Source: a virus
Virus record (IMG/VR): IMGVR_UViG_3300035698_012408
Length of the DNA: 64,000 nucleotides
Reading direction: 5' to 3' (one strand)
Numbering within the stretch: position 1 is the stretch's first letter; the number at the start of each line of letters is the position of its first letter. The notes below the pieces were generated by a model. The model did not search any database. It saw nothing but the letters and a program-made list of their open reading frames with translations, and was not told where the DNA came from. Below, one piece after another: positions 1 to 10,187 of this stretch. The position numbers and the translations under genes are program-made.

Positions 1-1216
1 TCAACGCCCACCTGTAGTTAGACTCGTTCATGCCGTTGGCCTGCATGAAACGCTCACAAAGAATACCCGCGTAGTCAATGTAGACAGACCTGATAGGCTG
101 CTTCCGCTGTTCGCTCACGCGAGCAACTACAGATACCAGTTCGTCGACACCGCCGCTGCCGCAATTGGGGAAATCCTCTGAACCAGATAGATCGACGATC
201 TCCATGCTTCCGCCAAGCCACTCTCGACCCATCTCGTAACGATCACGTTCCGATAGGATCAATTCCTGGCCAGATTGCATCACGCGTTCATACTCCGCGA
301 TGTTATCTTGCGTGGTCAACTGACTCCAGTCACTCATGCACTCCAGCTTGGTGCGGGGGATTTGTAAAGCGGCTGACCAGATGCGCGGCCGGACCTTGCG
401 AGCTGACTCTTCTGCGGTCACGAATATCACGACGCCTCGCTCACGACCGCTGGCCTCTGCGTCATTCCATTCCTGCTTGGCAGACATCACTGCCATGCCA
501 ATACCAAGCGTCGTCTTACCGCCGCCGGTCGGGCCTAGCAGCCCATTAGCGTCACCAACGCGGTCACCGCCCAGCAGATTGTCCAAGAAACTGACACCCG
601 TGAGTCTAAACTCGTGGGGTACAAGCAGTTCCGTGCCAATCTCTGGCATTACCGGCAACACTGGGAGTTCGTTAATTGAGCTGGCACGATCAACTTGTAC
701 GTTCATCTGTGTCAGGAACTCACCAATATCGCTAGGGATACCAGCGGGCTGATTCACCACGCGCCGAAGTGGCGCTACAATCGTTCGTTCGTAAACAAAG
801 CGTTGGAGCACCTGCCGACCGAGAGAGATGTTTCCATCATTCATCTCAGCAGATGGTTCCGCCACGCTGTCCAACATCCCGCCATCGCCAAAAATAGCTC
901 TCTGCTGCTCTGGGCCGAGCACCAAGTTCGGGTTACCACGCATTTGTTCGTGATACGAGAACTTCAAATTCTCCGGCGTAACCTGCCCGTGATGCAAAAT
1001 CACGTCACATATAGCCAGATAAAGAATGCGAAGAGGCTCTTCATTAGGAAGAAAATGATGCGATCCGATTAAACGAGACGCATCATCAAAAAGTTGGCGA
1101 TCCGCGGCCAAGCATATCATCAACCACTCTACCGCTTGCGGTTCGAGTGGAAGCTGTGTTGGCTGCGGGCGTTGAGCTGTAAGCGCAGGGTCAAGGGATT
1201 CTCCTTGGAGCGACAT
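1..1216 (-). CDS. DnaB-like replicative helicase / RecA-fold P-loop ATPase, partial (C-terminus lies beyond the left window edge)
   Basis: Not in the ORF track because it is open at the window edge. Manual translation from ATG 1216..1214 (MSLQGESLDPALTAQ...) stays open to position 2. A ~200-aa N-terminal domain is followed by Walker A GLLGPTGGGKTTLG. The + ORFs 336..752, 695..1072 and 1094..1291 are antisense shadows of it. Confidence 0.6.
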   Translation of the reverse strand, partial: MSLQGESLDPALTAQRPQPTQLPLEPQAVEWLMICLAADRQLFDDASRLIGSHHFLPNEEPLRILYLAICDVILHHGQVTPENLKFSYHEQMRGNPNLVLGPEQQRAIFGDGGMLDSVAEPSAEMNDGNISLGRQVLQRFVYERTIVAPLRRVVNQPAGIPSDIGEFLTQMNVQVDRASSINELPVLPVMPEIGTELLVPHEFRLTGVSFLDNLLGGDRVGDANGLLGPTGGGKTTLGIGMAVMSAKQEWNDAEASGRERGVVIFVTAEESARKVRPRIWSAALQIPRTKLECMSDWSQLTTQDNIAEYERVMQSGQELILSERDRYEMGREWLGGSMEIVDLSGSEDFPNCGSGGVDELVSVVARVSEQRKQPIRSVYIDYAGILCERFMQANGMNESNYRWAL

Positions 1217-1245
1217 AGCGCAAGTCCTTTCCGTACATCACCTGA

Positions 1246-1974
1246 TCATGCACATCCCAATAGTGACCGTAATTTTCTAGCCTCGGTATGAAGAGTCGCC
1301 GGCACGACGTCTCCCCATTCCGCATCGTAGAGATCACACTGGAACACATACTGTAACAAAGCTGCGTCATGAAAGGAAGCCGAATCTTCGACAAGTCCTT
1401 CCCGCAGCGACACTATGTAACGGTACAACGCGGATGCCGAAACACCGCGATCCCGTAACGCGTACTGATAAGCTGCCTGTCGTGACAGCTTCAACACTAC
1501 TATCATAGGCTGGACACCATTGCGTATTGCATTCATGTCCGAGCACAATTGACGTCGCACAGCCGCTACGGCGTGCAATTTATATTCTTCCCACCGCTCT
1601 ACCGCTGCATTGCTCATCAGATAGTTTGGTGCAGGCGCTTTCGCCCCTGGTATTCTATTACCGTGAAACTGTGCGCGAATGAATTCCATAGGATCGGCCT
1701 TCATCGCCAGCAAAAACTGAGCCACCTTAGCCCACACTGACCGATGCTTCACGCCAAACTTATCTTCCCCGCCGTCCCAGGACGCCATGTGCTTCTTCCC
1801 GTAACTATAGTTACCCGTGGCGTCTCGATGACACAACACATAGACTACCCGCACACGTTTTGCCATTCTTTCAAGCAACGCATCTTCCGGCGGAGGAGGT
1901 AAATCCTCAACACATTCTACCGCTGGCGGGATCGGGGTATCCGGCCAGAGGTTAATTTCACGATGTTCACGCAT
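1246..1974 (-). CDS. hypothetical protein
   Basis: 242-aa ORF co-directional with its neighbours, overlapping the upstream helicase gene by 8 nt. Protein-like composition. N-terminus MREHREINLW is a weak copy of the recurrent terminal motif. Confidence 0.55.
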   Translation of the reverse strand: MREHREINLWPDTPIPPAVECVEDLPPPPEDALLERMAKRVRVVYVLCHRDATGNYSYGKKHMASWDGGEDKFGVKHRSVWAKVAQFLLAMKADPMEFIRAQFHGNRIPGAKAPAPNYLMSNAAVERWEEYKLHAVAAVRRQLCSDMNAIRNGVQPMIVVLKLSRQAAYQYALRDRGVSASALYRYIVSLREGLVEDSASFHDAALLQYVFQCDLYDAEWGDVVPATLHTEARKLRSLLGCA

Positions 1975-3472
1975 TGCTTATTTGCCTCTTCCCGGATAAG
2001 CCCTCCTGGGTCCAGCCGAGGTTCTTGTAATGCCGTTTACGCGTATCCGATTTGCGTTTCAACGCAGTATCAAACGCGTCATAACAATCCATCAGCAGTC
2101 CGCACTCCTTACCCTCGCAAATACGGCTGACGCGTCCAGGTGCCTGCGTATCAAGAATCTCCGATTCCCTGGCATCTACACGATACAACACCTCAAGCTG
2201 CGCGAAGTCCACACCCGTGGCCCATACGTCCGTGGCTATGACCTTCTTCAGCGTTCCGGCCTCAAACCCTTGCCGCAGGTGCTCTCGCCTATCTGCATCA
2301 GTGGGAATGAAGGTATTTGGTAGCATACCGTTTTTCCGGTAGCGAGCCAAGTCCTCTGGGTCAATACTACCATAACAAAGGTCGAATTCTGGCAACATAT
2401 TCCACAGATGAATCGCATGATCCACTGTAGCACAAAGGATTAACACCTGTGTATTCGGATCTCCAAAATTTTCCCGAACATCGTTGGCGACTGTCTGATT
2501 CCTGAATTCGTTTCTCCACACACCCCACCGCATGCGGGGTACGCCACTTTTCCCGCTCGCGGGATTATGCTGCCCGCGAATCGGCAACCACCGCACGTGG
2601 ATCGGGACAACCAGCCCCAACGCCACCGCTTCATCGTACGGAAGATGGAATATCTCGCGACCGAACAGCATCTCAAGCTGCGCGTGCGCTCCATCCATCC
2701 GGCCTTCAGGCGTAGCGGTAAATGCGAAATTCCTGGAGAATCTGTAAGCCCTGCCGAGTTCGTTCGCGGCTGCCCCTGTCATCAGCATGTGGGCCTCGTC
2801 TGCCAGCAAAATGTCGCAGTCGCCATCGGACCGGTGCAAGCTGCCGGCGGTAAAGACCGTAACACGGTCACCAATGAACGACTTGCCACCACCAACCTGT
2901 CCAACATTCGGAATAGTTCGAGACAACTGCCGCACGATACGTGCAGCCACGTCTTTTGGCCTTACCACGATATGTATCTTGGCTCGCGGGTACGCGTGGG
3001 CAATCGCCGCAAACATGTACGTTTTACCGAAACCGGTAGCGGCATTGATCAGCCCCAGTTCATTCTGCGCTATCAACTGAAGACACTCTTCTTGCCGTGC
3101 CCGAAATTCAATATGCCTGCCAGCTGCTACCATGTCGAGTTCGTAACAGTCAGGTCGCGCCCGTGCCGGGCTCAGATCTAGGTATTGCAGTACGTAACCG
3201 TGCTGCTGGAGCCGATGGGTTATCGAGGTGAGAAAACCGAAACCCGTCGTCAGCCGCCCTTCCTCGATCCCATACATATTGCGAGTCTCAATATCGATCG
3301 ACCGAGCCTGTCCGTCCGGTCCATATCGTTGATGTCCCTGCAATATTGTCTTGTGATCGTAAGTAAGTAACGGCCGAAGCAACTCTACAACTCGCATATC
3401 CAGCGGGCTGTGTCCGTCCGGGCTGATGTCAATCAGCGAGCCAGACCGTCGTACGAGTAAAGTTTGTGACAT
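1967..3472 (-). CDS. superfamily 2 DEAD/DEAH-box helicase
   Basis: Motif I AATGFGKTY, motif II LLADEAH, motif III FTATPEG, VIATDVWATGVDF, motif VI TQAPGRVSR. Confidence 0.85.
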   Translation of the reverse strand: MSQTLLVRRSGSLIDISPDGHSPLDMRVVELLRPLLTYDHKTILQGHQRYGPDGQARSIDIETRNMYGIEEGRLTTGFGFLTSITHRLQQHGYVLQYLDLSPARARPDCYELDMVAAGRHIEFRARQEECLQLIAQNELGLINAATGFGKTYMFAAIAHAYPRAKIHIVVRPKDVAARIVRQLSRTIPNVGQVGGGKSFIGDRVTVFTAGSLHRSDGDCDILLADEAHMLMTGAAANELGRAYRFSRNFAFTATPEGRMDGAHAQLEMLFGREIFHLPYDEAVALGLVVPIHVRWLPIRGQHNPASGKSGVPRMRWGVWRNEFRNQTVANDVRENFGDPNTQVLILCATVDHAIHLWNMLPEFDLCYGSIDPEDLARYRKNGMLPNTFIPTDADRREHLRQGFEAGTLKKVIATDVWATGVDFAQLEVLYRVDARESEILDTQAPGRVSRICEGKECGLLMDCYDAFDTALKRKSDTRKRHYKNLGWTQEGLSGKRQISNA

Positions 3473-3487
3473 ATCATCCCTTCGTAA

Positions 3488-3997
3488 TTACCAAGCCCGA
3501 CCCTTTGGTTTAAGGCTTCTAACCGCTGGTCTAACCGACACCACCTCGAACGTCCCGTAGGTCTCCCGATCGTCCTGGAACGGTGAGATACCCTTGTAGG
3601 TACCAACCACCGAGAGCAGTTCAATGAAAGCATCCACGGACAATCCGTAAGGCAGCACGGCATTGACCCCTATCGTGTCGCCAGGACGAAATGCCTCGTG
3701 TAAGGCATATCGCTCACGGCCATTTTTGTCGTCGTTGGCTGCGACGACCACGCGACGCCACTTCCCAGTGCGTCCATCAATAATTGGGTCCCATGCGATC
3801 TCCTGCACCAGTTGCTGATACCGATTGACCACCTTAGCGGCATAACGTAACCGCCGTCGCCACCACGACACCAAGAACATAACACGCCCGTTGTTGTCCC
3901 GCGGCATCCTGTAGATCACATTATTCCGTACTGTCTGCTGTCTAGCAAAACCCAAGCATTCGCGATTGAAACGAAGTCGGGCAGTAACCTCCTGCAT
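3488..3997 (-). CDS. hypothetical protein
   Basis: 169-aa ORF in the minus-strand array with no motif I recognise. Confidence 0.55.
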   Translation of the reverse strand: MQEVTARLRFNRECLGFARQQTVRNNVIYRMPRDNNGRVMFLVSWWRRRLRYAAKVVNRYQQLVQEIAWDPIIDGRTGKWRRVVVAANDDKNGRERYALHEAFRPGDTIGVNAVLPYGLSVDAFIELLSVVGTYKGISPFQDDRETYGTFEVVSVRPAVRSLKPKGRAW

Positions 3998-4037
3998 GGT
4001 ATCCCTTCCGCACTGAACGGTTAAAAGCTACACGTGG

Positions 4038-4964
4038 TCAAGCGACTGCCCGGGCCTGTGCGTGCTTCTTGTACGCCGGAATCTCTGACCCCTTCAATAG
4101 GTTCTCCGGTAAAAACATGTCCCACTTCGCAGACGTGGCAGCCACAATTTGCTGCAACCACGTCCTGCCAAGGTAGGATATAAAAGCATGCGACGCCCGT
4201 AGGTCCCCCTGCCAGCCTCCGCCGGCATGCTGCCAGCGTCGCCACAGAAAATTACTTGGTCGCTCCATATCGCTGTCTGACGGACGCCCTGCGCCCTGCC
4301 AGCAGCTACGAACTGTGTTACATAGCGTGTCCCGGTCAGTTACGACCGTGCCACGTGACACCCGTTGCATCGTCGACGGCGTCAGGCCTAAGGCCATTCG
4401 CAGTTTAGACAACCGCTCCGGGTGTTGCTGATCAACGTACCAGCGAGGGTCAAGGATGTAGGCGAGTAAACAAGCCACACGATCACGATCGATTGTCGGA
4501 ATAAATGACAAATCATGCCACGCTGGGTGTATTGCCAGCACCTCCCGCACGTGATCATCTACTTTCCCTGTCTTATGTAGGATAGCGGCCATTGAGTAGG
4601 ATGGATAGTCCACCGCGGTAACGCGGTGCCACCCACCCAAACTTGGTGGCAGTAAACACTGTCTCATGCGATAAAGCGCTACCTCCGGTTGATCCCGCTC
4701 CTGCTCCGTCTCACACACCAGTGGGCTGGCCACTTCAAGTATGCCATCTTTCCTCAATGCGCAATAACGCGGATACAGTGCCGCAATCAACGGAGCATTA
4801 TTTCGAGTACCCAGCATGCGAATGCGGATACCCTGCCTTGCGTCCAGTCGGCCTACAAAATCCCTCTCTGCTGCCCGCGGCGTGTCCATGCCGTCGGCAT
4901 ACCACACAGCCCCATGAGGATCTGTGTGAAGTTTCAAAGTCGTAATTTCTGTCATCGTACTCAC
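4038..4964 (-). CDS. hypothetical protein
   Basis: 308-aa ORF with a 4-nt overlap with the upstream SbcC-like gene. No recognisable motif. Confidence 0.6.
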   Translation of the reverse strand: MSTMTEITTLKLHTDPHGAVWYADGMDTPRAAERDFVGRLDARQGIRIRMLGTRNNAPLIAALYPRYCALRKDGILEVASPLVCETEQERDQPEVALYRMRQCLLPPSLGGWHRVTAVDYPSYSMAAILHKTGKVDDHVREVLAIHPAWHDLSFIPTIDRDRVACLLAYILDPRWYVDQQHPERLSKLRMALGLTPSTMQRVSRGTVVTDRDTLCNTVRSCWQGAGRPSDSDMERPSNFLWRRWQHAGGGWQGDLRASHAFISYLGRTWLQQIVAATSAKWDMFLPENLLKGSEIPAYKKHAQARAVA

Positions 4965-7093
4965 AGTTGAATCACCGAATCAAATAAGGGTGCTAGGTCC
5001 CGTTCATGCGTGACAATAATGCACTGTAGGCCGCGGGTGGCTGAGAATGTTCTCAACTGCCCTAATACTGGCTCGAACCCACGGATGTGGTGTTCGTCGA
5101 GGTACGCTGTCGGCTCATCAAGGTAAAGCGCACCTACATTATCCGCGAACATCCGGTTCAACGCCATACGGAAAGACAACGCCAATACGACTTTTTGTCC
5201 TTCCGACAGCCTTTCAGCCGGTTGTACCGTACCGCTCTCGAATGATGCCGTGAACGAGAGTCCCTCGTCCGCAGCCACCCGATATGGCGTACCAAACATC
5301 TCCAAATACTCATTCATGCCCACCTGGAGACGTTGCAGATTACGTTGTGCCACAAATCGCGGAGCCCCGTCTTTGCCGACGATCTCCCGCATGCTCGCAG
5401 CATGATCAACCCAGCCCCTGAGCATTTCGGCCTCTTCAGCTACCTCCGTAGCCCTGGCCAATTCACCCTGGATACGGGTAATCGTGGCCTCTGCGGCCCC
5501 AATACTGGTTTCCGCGTCCTGCCGAGTGCGAACCGTTCGCTCCCACCCTGCCTTGTTCTCGATCGCCTGCGCGACCTGCTCCGTCGTGTACGGTACCAAC
5601 TTCACCAGCTGGTCATTGTACCCTGTGAGCTGCTGCTCCATCTGCTGGTACCGTCCCTGCAATCTTGCAAGTTCCCGATCATGCTCCCCGAGACTTGCCT
5701 CGGCGGCCTTAACGCTATCCAGCATAGCCGAATGTTGCGAGATGGTGGATTCCAGGACTTTCTCGTCCAATTCCTCCACCGGCTCGTCCGGGAGTGACCT
5801 GAGCGTCTCCATCGCCTGGGTCTTTCTCGCCTCGATCTGCTGGATCGCGTTATTATATACGCCCACAGCGTCATTATACATAAAACTATGGCTAAGTCGA
5901 TTCGACAACGTGTCCGAATTCGCCCTGAGCGTCGGAAGTCGCCTGATCGCTTCTTCCCGTTGTCCCTGCAACGCGGCAGCGGCCGTACCGCAAGTGGGGC
6001 ATTTAGCCGCGTCAGCGTCAAGCGCGTCGACAAATATGGTCAACGCACTTATCTCACCACTGAGGTTCTCCTTTTGACGCTGAGCTGCCTCCACCCCTTC
6101 GGCGTCCAGATAGTCTGCCCGGGGCGTCGGCACATCCACGGCTGCTGCCGCATCTGCTGCTTCTTCGATAATCGCAGTCTGGGCTTGTCTCGCCTTCTGG
6201 TTGCGTCTCGCCGCACCCATCCTGCTCAGCGTAAGTGACGCTGCGTGAGAGTCTGCTGCTCCACTGTCACGAATAGTCCGAACAGTTACAAGAGACGCCG
6301 CCGTACCTTCCCGTGACCGCCGCTGATAATCAATATCGGCGGCGGTACCGGCCATCGTCGTCGCCAAGGTATCCCGCTGGGTTTCGATCTGTACGCGACG
6401 ATTATGCGTCGTAATGACATCGTTGTTCGCGTCAATCTGTCCCAGGCAGTGCTGAAGCTCGGGCCAGTCAACAAGCGATGCCTGCGCTGCCGCCAACTTC
6501 AGCGTTTGTCCTTCCAGCTCCTGCGTGAGTTCGTCAATATCGACACCCACGGACGGGATCTGCACGTCCTTCAGCTGCGTACCGATCGCCGAATGTACGA
6601 CGCCGGCCTTCTCCGTGTGGAAGAGCTTCTGGAATTGTGCAGCCCGTTGGGCCGGCTTCTTGTCGAGGAACCCAAAAATATCACTCTGGGCCACAACCAC
6701 GATGTCGTTGATGATGTCGGTAGACACGCCGAGGATCTGCTCGATCATCGCCGTAACTTCCTTGTCACCTTCGATCGTCACACCATTCTGAATTTGTAAC
6801 GTCGCCACCGGGCGAGACGGTCGCAGGTTTCGCTGCACTGTAGCGCGCACGCCGGCATGGCTGAACACGAGCTTCACATAGGAGCTCTGTGACGGCTCCG
6901 CTCGATCGTAAATATTCGCAGACTTGTTGCCTGCGTTTGGATTGTCTCCGGTAAGCGCGAAACGTATTGCCCCAAGACAATTACTCTTCCCGCTGCCATT
7001 CTGTCCGAGTATTGCCGTGAGGCCGTCCCGTAATGGCAAATCCCGCCACGCGTGCTGGCAGAAATTCAGCATCGTTAGATGTTCACACTTCAT
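4961..7093 (-). CDS. Rad50/SbcC-like SMC-family ATPase (recombination nuclease subunit)
   Basis: Walker A GQNGSGKSN. Long Q/E/A-rich coiled-coil with a central CPTCG zinc hook. Signature LSEGQKVVLALS, Walker B LYLDEPTAYLD, H-loop IIVTHE. Confidence 0.85.
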   Translation of the reverse strand: MKCEHLTMLNFCQHAWRDLPLRDGLTAILGQNGSGKSNCLGAIRFALTGDNPNAGNKSANIYDRAEPSQSSYVKLVFSHAGVRATVQRNLRPSRPVATLQIQNGVTIEGDKEVTAMIEQILGVSTDIINDIVVVAQSDIFGFLDKKPAQRAAQFQKLFHTEKAGVVHSAIGTQLKDVQIPSVGVDIDELTQELEGQTLKLAAAQASLVDWPELQHCLGQIDANNDVITTHNRRVQIETQRDTLATTMAGTAADIDYQRRSREGTAASLVTVRTIRDSGAADSHAASLTLSRMGAARRNQKARQAQTAIIEEAADAAAAVDVPTPRADYLDAEGVEAAQRQKENLSGEISALTIFVDALDADAAKCPTCGTAAAALQGQREEAIRRLPTLRANSDTLSNRLSHSFMYNDAVGVYNNAIQQIEARKTQAMETLRSLPDEPVEELDEKVLESTISQHSAMLDSVKAAEASLGEHDRELARLQGRYQQMEQQLTGYNDQLVKLVPYTTEQVAQAIENKAGWERTVRTRQDAETSIGAAEATITRIQGELARATEVAEEAEMLRGWVDHAASMREIVGKDGAPRFVAQRNLQRLQVGMNEYLEMFGTPYRVAADEGLSFTASFESGTVQPAERLSEGQKVVLALSFRMALNRMFADNVGALYLDEPTAYLDEHHIRGFEPVLGQLRTFSATRGLQCIIVTHERDLAPLFDSVIQL

Positions 7094-8045
7094 TCTTACC
7101 TTCCCTCAATTCGACAACTCGGTGTTCTCGGGTCTTCGCCTCCACGATCGGAGGATTGTAATTCGTCAATGCCCATTGATTATAATGCCGCTTAATTGCC
7201 TGAAGCGGATCAATCCGAAACCTATGGTAATCCGGCACAGCGACAGCTACGAGCTGCGGCAACGGATACTTCCAATCCACGCGACACTGCGTGACCGGAT
7301 TCTCAACAGCCGCCCCGCAGAAGTGACAAGCACGAAGCCCAACACCGCCGCCACAATAGGCACAGTTTATAGCCAGTGTTGCCTGCGCCCCACCCAGCCA
7401 CTCTGCCATGCCTGCGAGATTACTAGACAACCCGATAATCGCTCGCTCCATCGTCTCAACAAATGGGTGATTAGTGTCTGGGCGTTCTGGGTCATAATCG
7501 TCAGATATTAGCTTCTGATCCAGGCCCGCCATGACAGAGCATATCTTACGAAAACCACCAACGGTAGTACGGTGATCCGGCTCCACGATTCGGAACTCCA
7601 CAGTCTGCCGCGAGCTGTCCCACGCCAGTCGACTGCCCCACTCCACTTCCGCGTAATTTGCAACACGTTCACGATAATCAAATAACGGCTCCCGGTCGGA
7701 ACCGACACGTATGTGCTCCCGCGCTGGGCCGTCATCACCGATCCCGGCTACATACGACTCTTTCCGCCGGTTGGCGTAATGATAGAACAACCTGCGAAGA
7801 TTGCCGGGGCCGCCGGATCGAAGCCGGAAAACATGCTCTGCACCCCGTACAGCGATAGGCGGCGAGATGAACGGAATACCACCCACGGTATCCTCCGCCG
7901 ACTGTTTCCATAATTCCTGCACCTCACTACCCGCAAGATGCGGACACAGACACGACAGATCAAGCGGTCCTCGAAGCGTCGAGGCACCTTTATCTATTGC
8001 GTCCCGCAATTTTGTTGCGTAAGTCTGAAAGTTAGGTGGCATCAT
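7083..8045 (-). CDS. hypothetical Cys-containing protein
   Basis: 320-aa ORF with CAYCGGGVGLRACHFCG, possibly Zn-binding. C-terminus REHRVVELREGKNEV carries the recurrent motif. Overlaps the SbcC-like start by 11 nt. Confidence 0.6.
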   Translation of the reverse strand: MMPPNFQTYATKLRDAIDKGASTLRGPLDLSCLCPHLAGSEVQELWKQSAEDTVGGIPFISPPIAVRGAEHVFRLRSGGPGNLRRLFYHYANRRKESYVAGIGDDGPAREHIRVGSDREPLFDYRERVANYAEVEWGSRLAWDSSRQTVEFRIVEPDHRTTVGGFRKICSVMAGLDQKLISDDYDPERPDTNHPFVETMERAIIGLSSNLAGMAEWLGGAQATLAINCAYCGGGVGLRACHFCGAAVENPVTQCRVDWKYPLPQLVAVAVPDYHRFRIDPLQAIKRHYNQWALTNYNPPIVEAKTREHRVVELREGKNEV

Positions 8046-8683
8046 TGCAGCCCCGTGGGGTTGTGATCGCTAAGATGTAACGTGATCCAATCGTACACTA
8101 CCTGTGTGACCTCAAACTCTACCCGCTGATCCACAGCAGACGGTCGCACGGTGAAGGCCTTCTTGCCGTTTGTCAGTTCTACCATCAACGCATTCGCTGC
8201 CAGTAGATCACTTAACATGAACGACACTGTCAGCTCTTCTGGTTCCTTTGCCGCGGATGCGGTAACTTCCCATTTACCGTACATCCCAAGCCATCCGTCA
8301 TCCAGCGTGCGGTCAAGCACCCGTTTGTAATCATCAGGTAACGCGTCCAATGGTCTCGAACGCGTGTTCGCCACTACGTACAACTGGTCAGCATTGTCGT
8401 TAATGCTGGCCGCCGCTACCTCCAGCGGAATATCCGCGTAAATACCGGCAAATGCCCCATTGGTCCACGTCGTGACAATCCGTGGCCCATCCCGGTACAT
8501 CAAAATCTGATCGTCGCACGTATGCGTGTCATACGACGCGAGGTTTCGTAACGTGAACAGCTGCGGATCAACGACTTGATGCGGACCCATCGCCCGCCCG
8601 TCGCCAGCCTGAAGGTAGACGACTTCGTTGACCCCTACCTTATCCCAACTAACCGGCCGAAACCCCGCTGGGATCTTCTCCAT
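8042..8683 (-). CDS. hypothetical protein
   Basis: The track ORF 8042..8809 is trimmed to internal ATG 8683 (MEKIPAGF...), because its upstream part overlaps the Mre11-like gene that ends at 8649. Confidence 0.5.
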   Translation of the reverse strand: MEKIPAGFRPVSWDKVGVNEVVYLQAGDGRAMGPHQVVDPQLFTLRNLASYDTHTCDDQILMYRDGPRIVTTWTNGAFAGIYADIPLEVAAASINDNADQLYVVANTRSRPLDALPDDYKRVLDRTLDDGWLGMYGKWEVTASAAKEPEELTVSFMLSDLLAANALMVELTNGKKAFTVRPSAVDQRVEFEVTQVVYDWITLHLSDHNPTGLQ

Positions 8684-9797
8684 GTTGTGGCCGCGCATAA
8701 TTCGCCTTATATTCCTCAAACATATTTGTGATCTCAGCAAGCGGATCAGGTGCTGCAAGCAGCCGCTGCACGCCGTGATAGACCGGAGAATCCGTAGGAA
8801 CAAGCTCACCCACTGCCGTGAGCAGGTTATCGAACGCCCCTTCGGGCGTATTCACCATGTCCACCTCCACCGTCTCCTCGTTACCGAGATTTCGTGGTTG
8901 GTGGAACAGATGGAACTTGTCCCCGAGTGCCGCTATCAAGCGAGTGTAAGCCTCCGGGATCATGTCATAGTAAGTTGCGCGTAGCATAGGCTTCGCTATG
9001 TGCGGTGGCAGATCGTGCCGCTGATCCACGGGCAGCGCCAACTTCCTAAGACACTCCGCGAACGCTTCCTCCGTCGTGACCGTGAATTCGGTGTACCCAC
9101 GAGTAGCCAGCTGGACCCGCTTCGCAATGAACTGATCCTTGGCCTCATCAACCTCCAGAATGTAGAAATACTTGTGAGGCGGCTCATCGATAGCCTGCAT
9201 GCTCGTGGAGCCCGGCGAATACAGCGTGACAGGGTCTCCATTGGCTGCTACGCCCGCGTACTGCTTGGTGACATGGAAGTCGCCAGAGAACACCGTGAGC
9301 TCACGGGGTAGCTGCGAGAGGCTTCCATCAGTGTGCCCAATAGGCTGCACCTCCGACCAAGACTGATGCGATAGCAAAATCTCCGCGTCAGGAGGTATCA
9401 CCGCCAGCTTTTCGCCCAATTTGTCAGATGGGCAGTAATCCAGCCCGTAGAATTCGACCCCGTTGACCTCGAACATCTGCTCGTTCACGTGACACGGCCA
9501 CGGATGAGCTGAACACCACGGCGGATCAGCCTTGTCATGATTACCTTGAATAAAGTACACAGAGAGCCTCGCGTGCTCCATGCGGTTCATTTCCGTCGTA
9601 AAAGCAGTCACAGACGCAGAATCAGGACGATCCTGGTCGTACATATCGCCGAGAAGTATCAACGGCAACGACTGATGCACGCACGCGTCAACGAGCTGCG
9701 TCAGACTGTAAAAAGCATCCCCGGCGAGTTCCGGGTGCTTCGCCCACGTGTGGAGCCGGAGATGATTATCCCCAGAAATCAAGGCAATTTTGATCAT
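8649..9797 (-). CDS. Mre11/SbcD-like calcineurin-fold nuclease
   Basis: Start trimmed to MIKIALISGDNHL (ATG 9797). Phosphoesterase motifs GDNH, GDMYDQDRP and GNHD. Confidence 0.85.
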   Translation of the reverse strand: MIKIALISGDNHLRLHTWAKHPELAGDAFYSLTQLVDACVHQSLPLILLGDMYDQDRPDSASVTAFTTEMNRMEHARLSVYFIQGNHDKADPPWCSAHPWPCHVNEQMFEVNGVEFYGLDYCPSDKLGEKLAVIPPDAEILLSHQSWSEVQPIGHTDGSLSQLPRELTVFSGDFHVTKQYAGVAANGDPVTLYSPGSTSMQAIDEPPHKYFYILEVDEAKDQFIAKRVQLATRGYTEFTVTTEEAFAECLRKLALPVDQRHDLPPHIAKPMLRATYYDMIPEAYTRLIAALGDKFHLFHQPRNLGNEETVEVDMVNTPEGAFDNLLTAVGELVPTDSPVYHGVQRLLAAPDPLAEITNMFEEYKANYARPQHGEDPSGVSAG

Positions 9798-9798
9798 T

Positions 9799-9815
9799 TT
9801 GGTTTCTAAGTACCG
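9799..9815. repeat. 17-bp exact repeat TTGGTTTCTAAGTACCG, copy 1 (leader of the Mre11-like gene)
   Basis: Identical 17-mer at 25663..25679. Both copies sit in the 5' leader of a minus-strand gene. Confidence 0.8.
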
Positions 9816-9832
9816 CTTGGGTGTTAAATTTG

Positions 9833-10156
9833 TTATGGTATAAACCCTGCATCCTTGAGCGCCTGTACGAGCGACGGGGAGAGAATCGTAACCGGGACGG
9901 CCCCAGTACAATGCGAGAGCCCGCAACACGGGCAACGCATTTCTGGACTGTTTCGGAGCATGTCATTGCGAACTGCTATGCCGTGGATCGTGTCCTCGAA
10001 TAGCCTGTCGGATTCTACCAACTTATCCGCCAGACCTGCACGTTCAACCGTGCTACTTACGCCAAGTGACGACGTTAAGTGGTTGACCGTGTGTAACATA
10101 GGGCAATCCAACTGGAAAGCCTTGTGATACAGATCATGAAATAGTTCGGATGCCAT
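9833..10156 (-). CDS. small hypothetical Cys-containing protein
   Basis: Internal ATG 10156 of track ORF 9833..10351 (MASELFHDLYHKAF...CPCCGLSHC...). The longer form would run antisense through csrA. Divergent from csrA with a 31-bp gap. Confidence 0.4.
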   Translation of the reverse strand: MASELFHDLYHKAFQLDCPMLHTVNHLTSSLGVSSTVERAGLADKLVESDRLFEDTIHGIAVRNDMLRNSPEMRCPCCGLSHCTGAVPVTILSPSLVQALKDAGFIP

Positions 10157-10187
10157 TTTATTGCAACCATAGGAAGGAGCCAGAAGA

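Noticed and set aside
336-1291. Three plus-strand ORFs at the left edge (336..752, 695..1072, 1094..1291)
   Set aside because: All lie antisense to the open DnaB-like reading frame that carries a Walker A motif. Their products are S/P/R-rich with no motifs.
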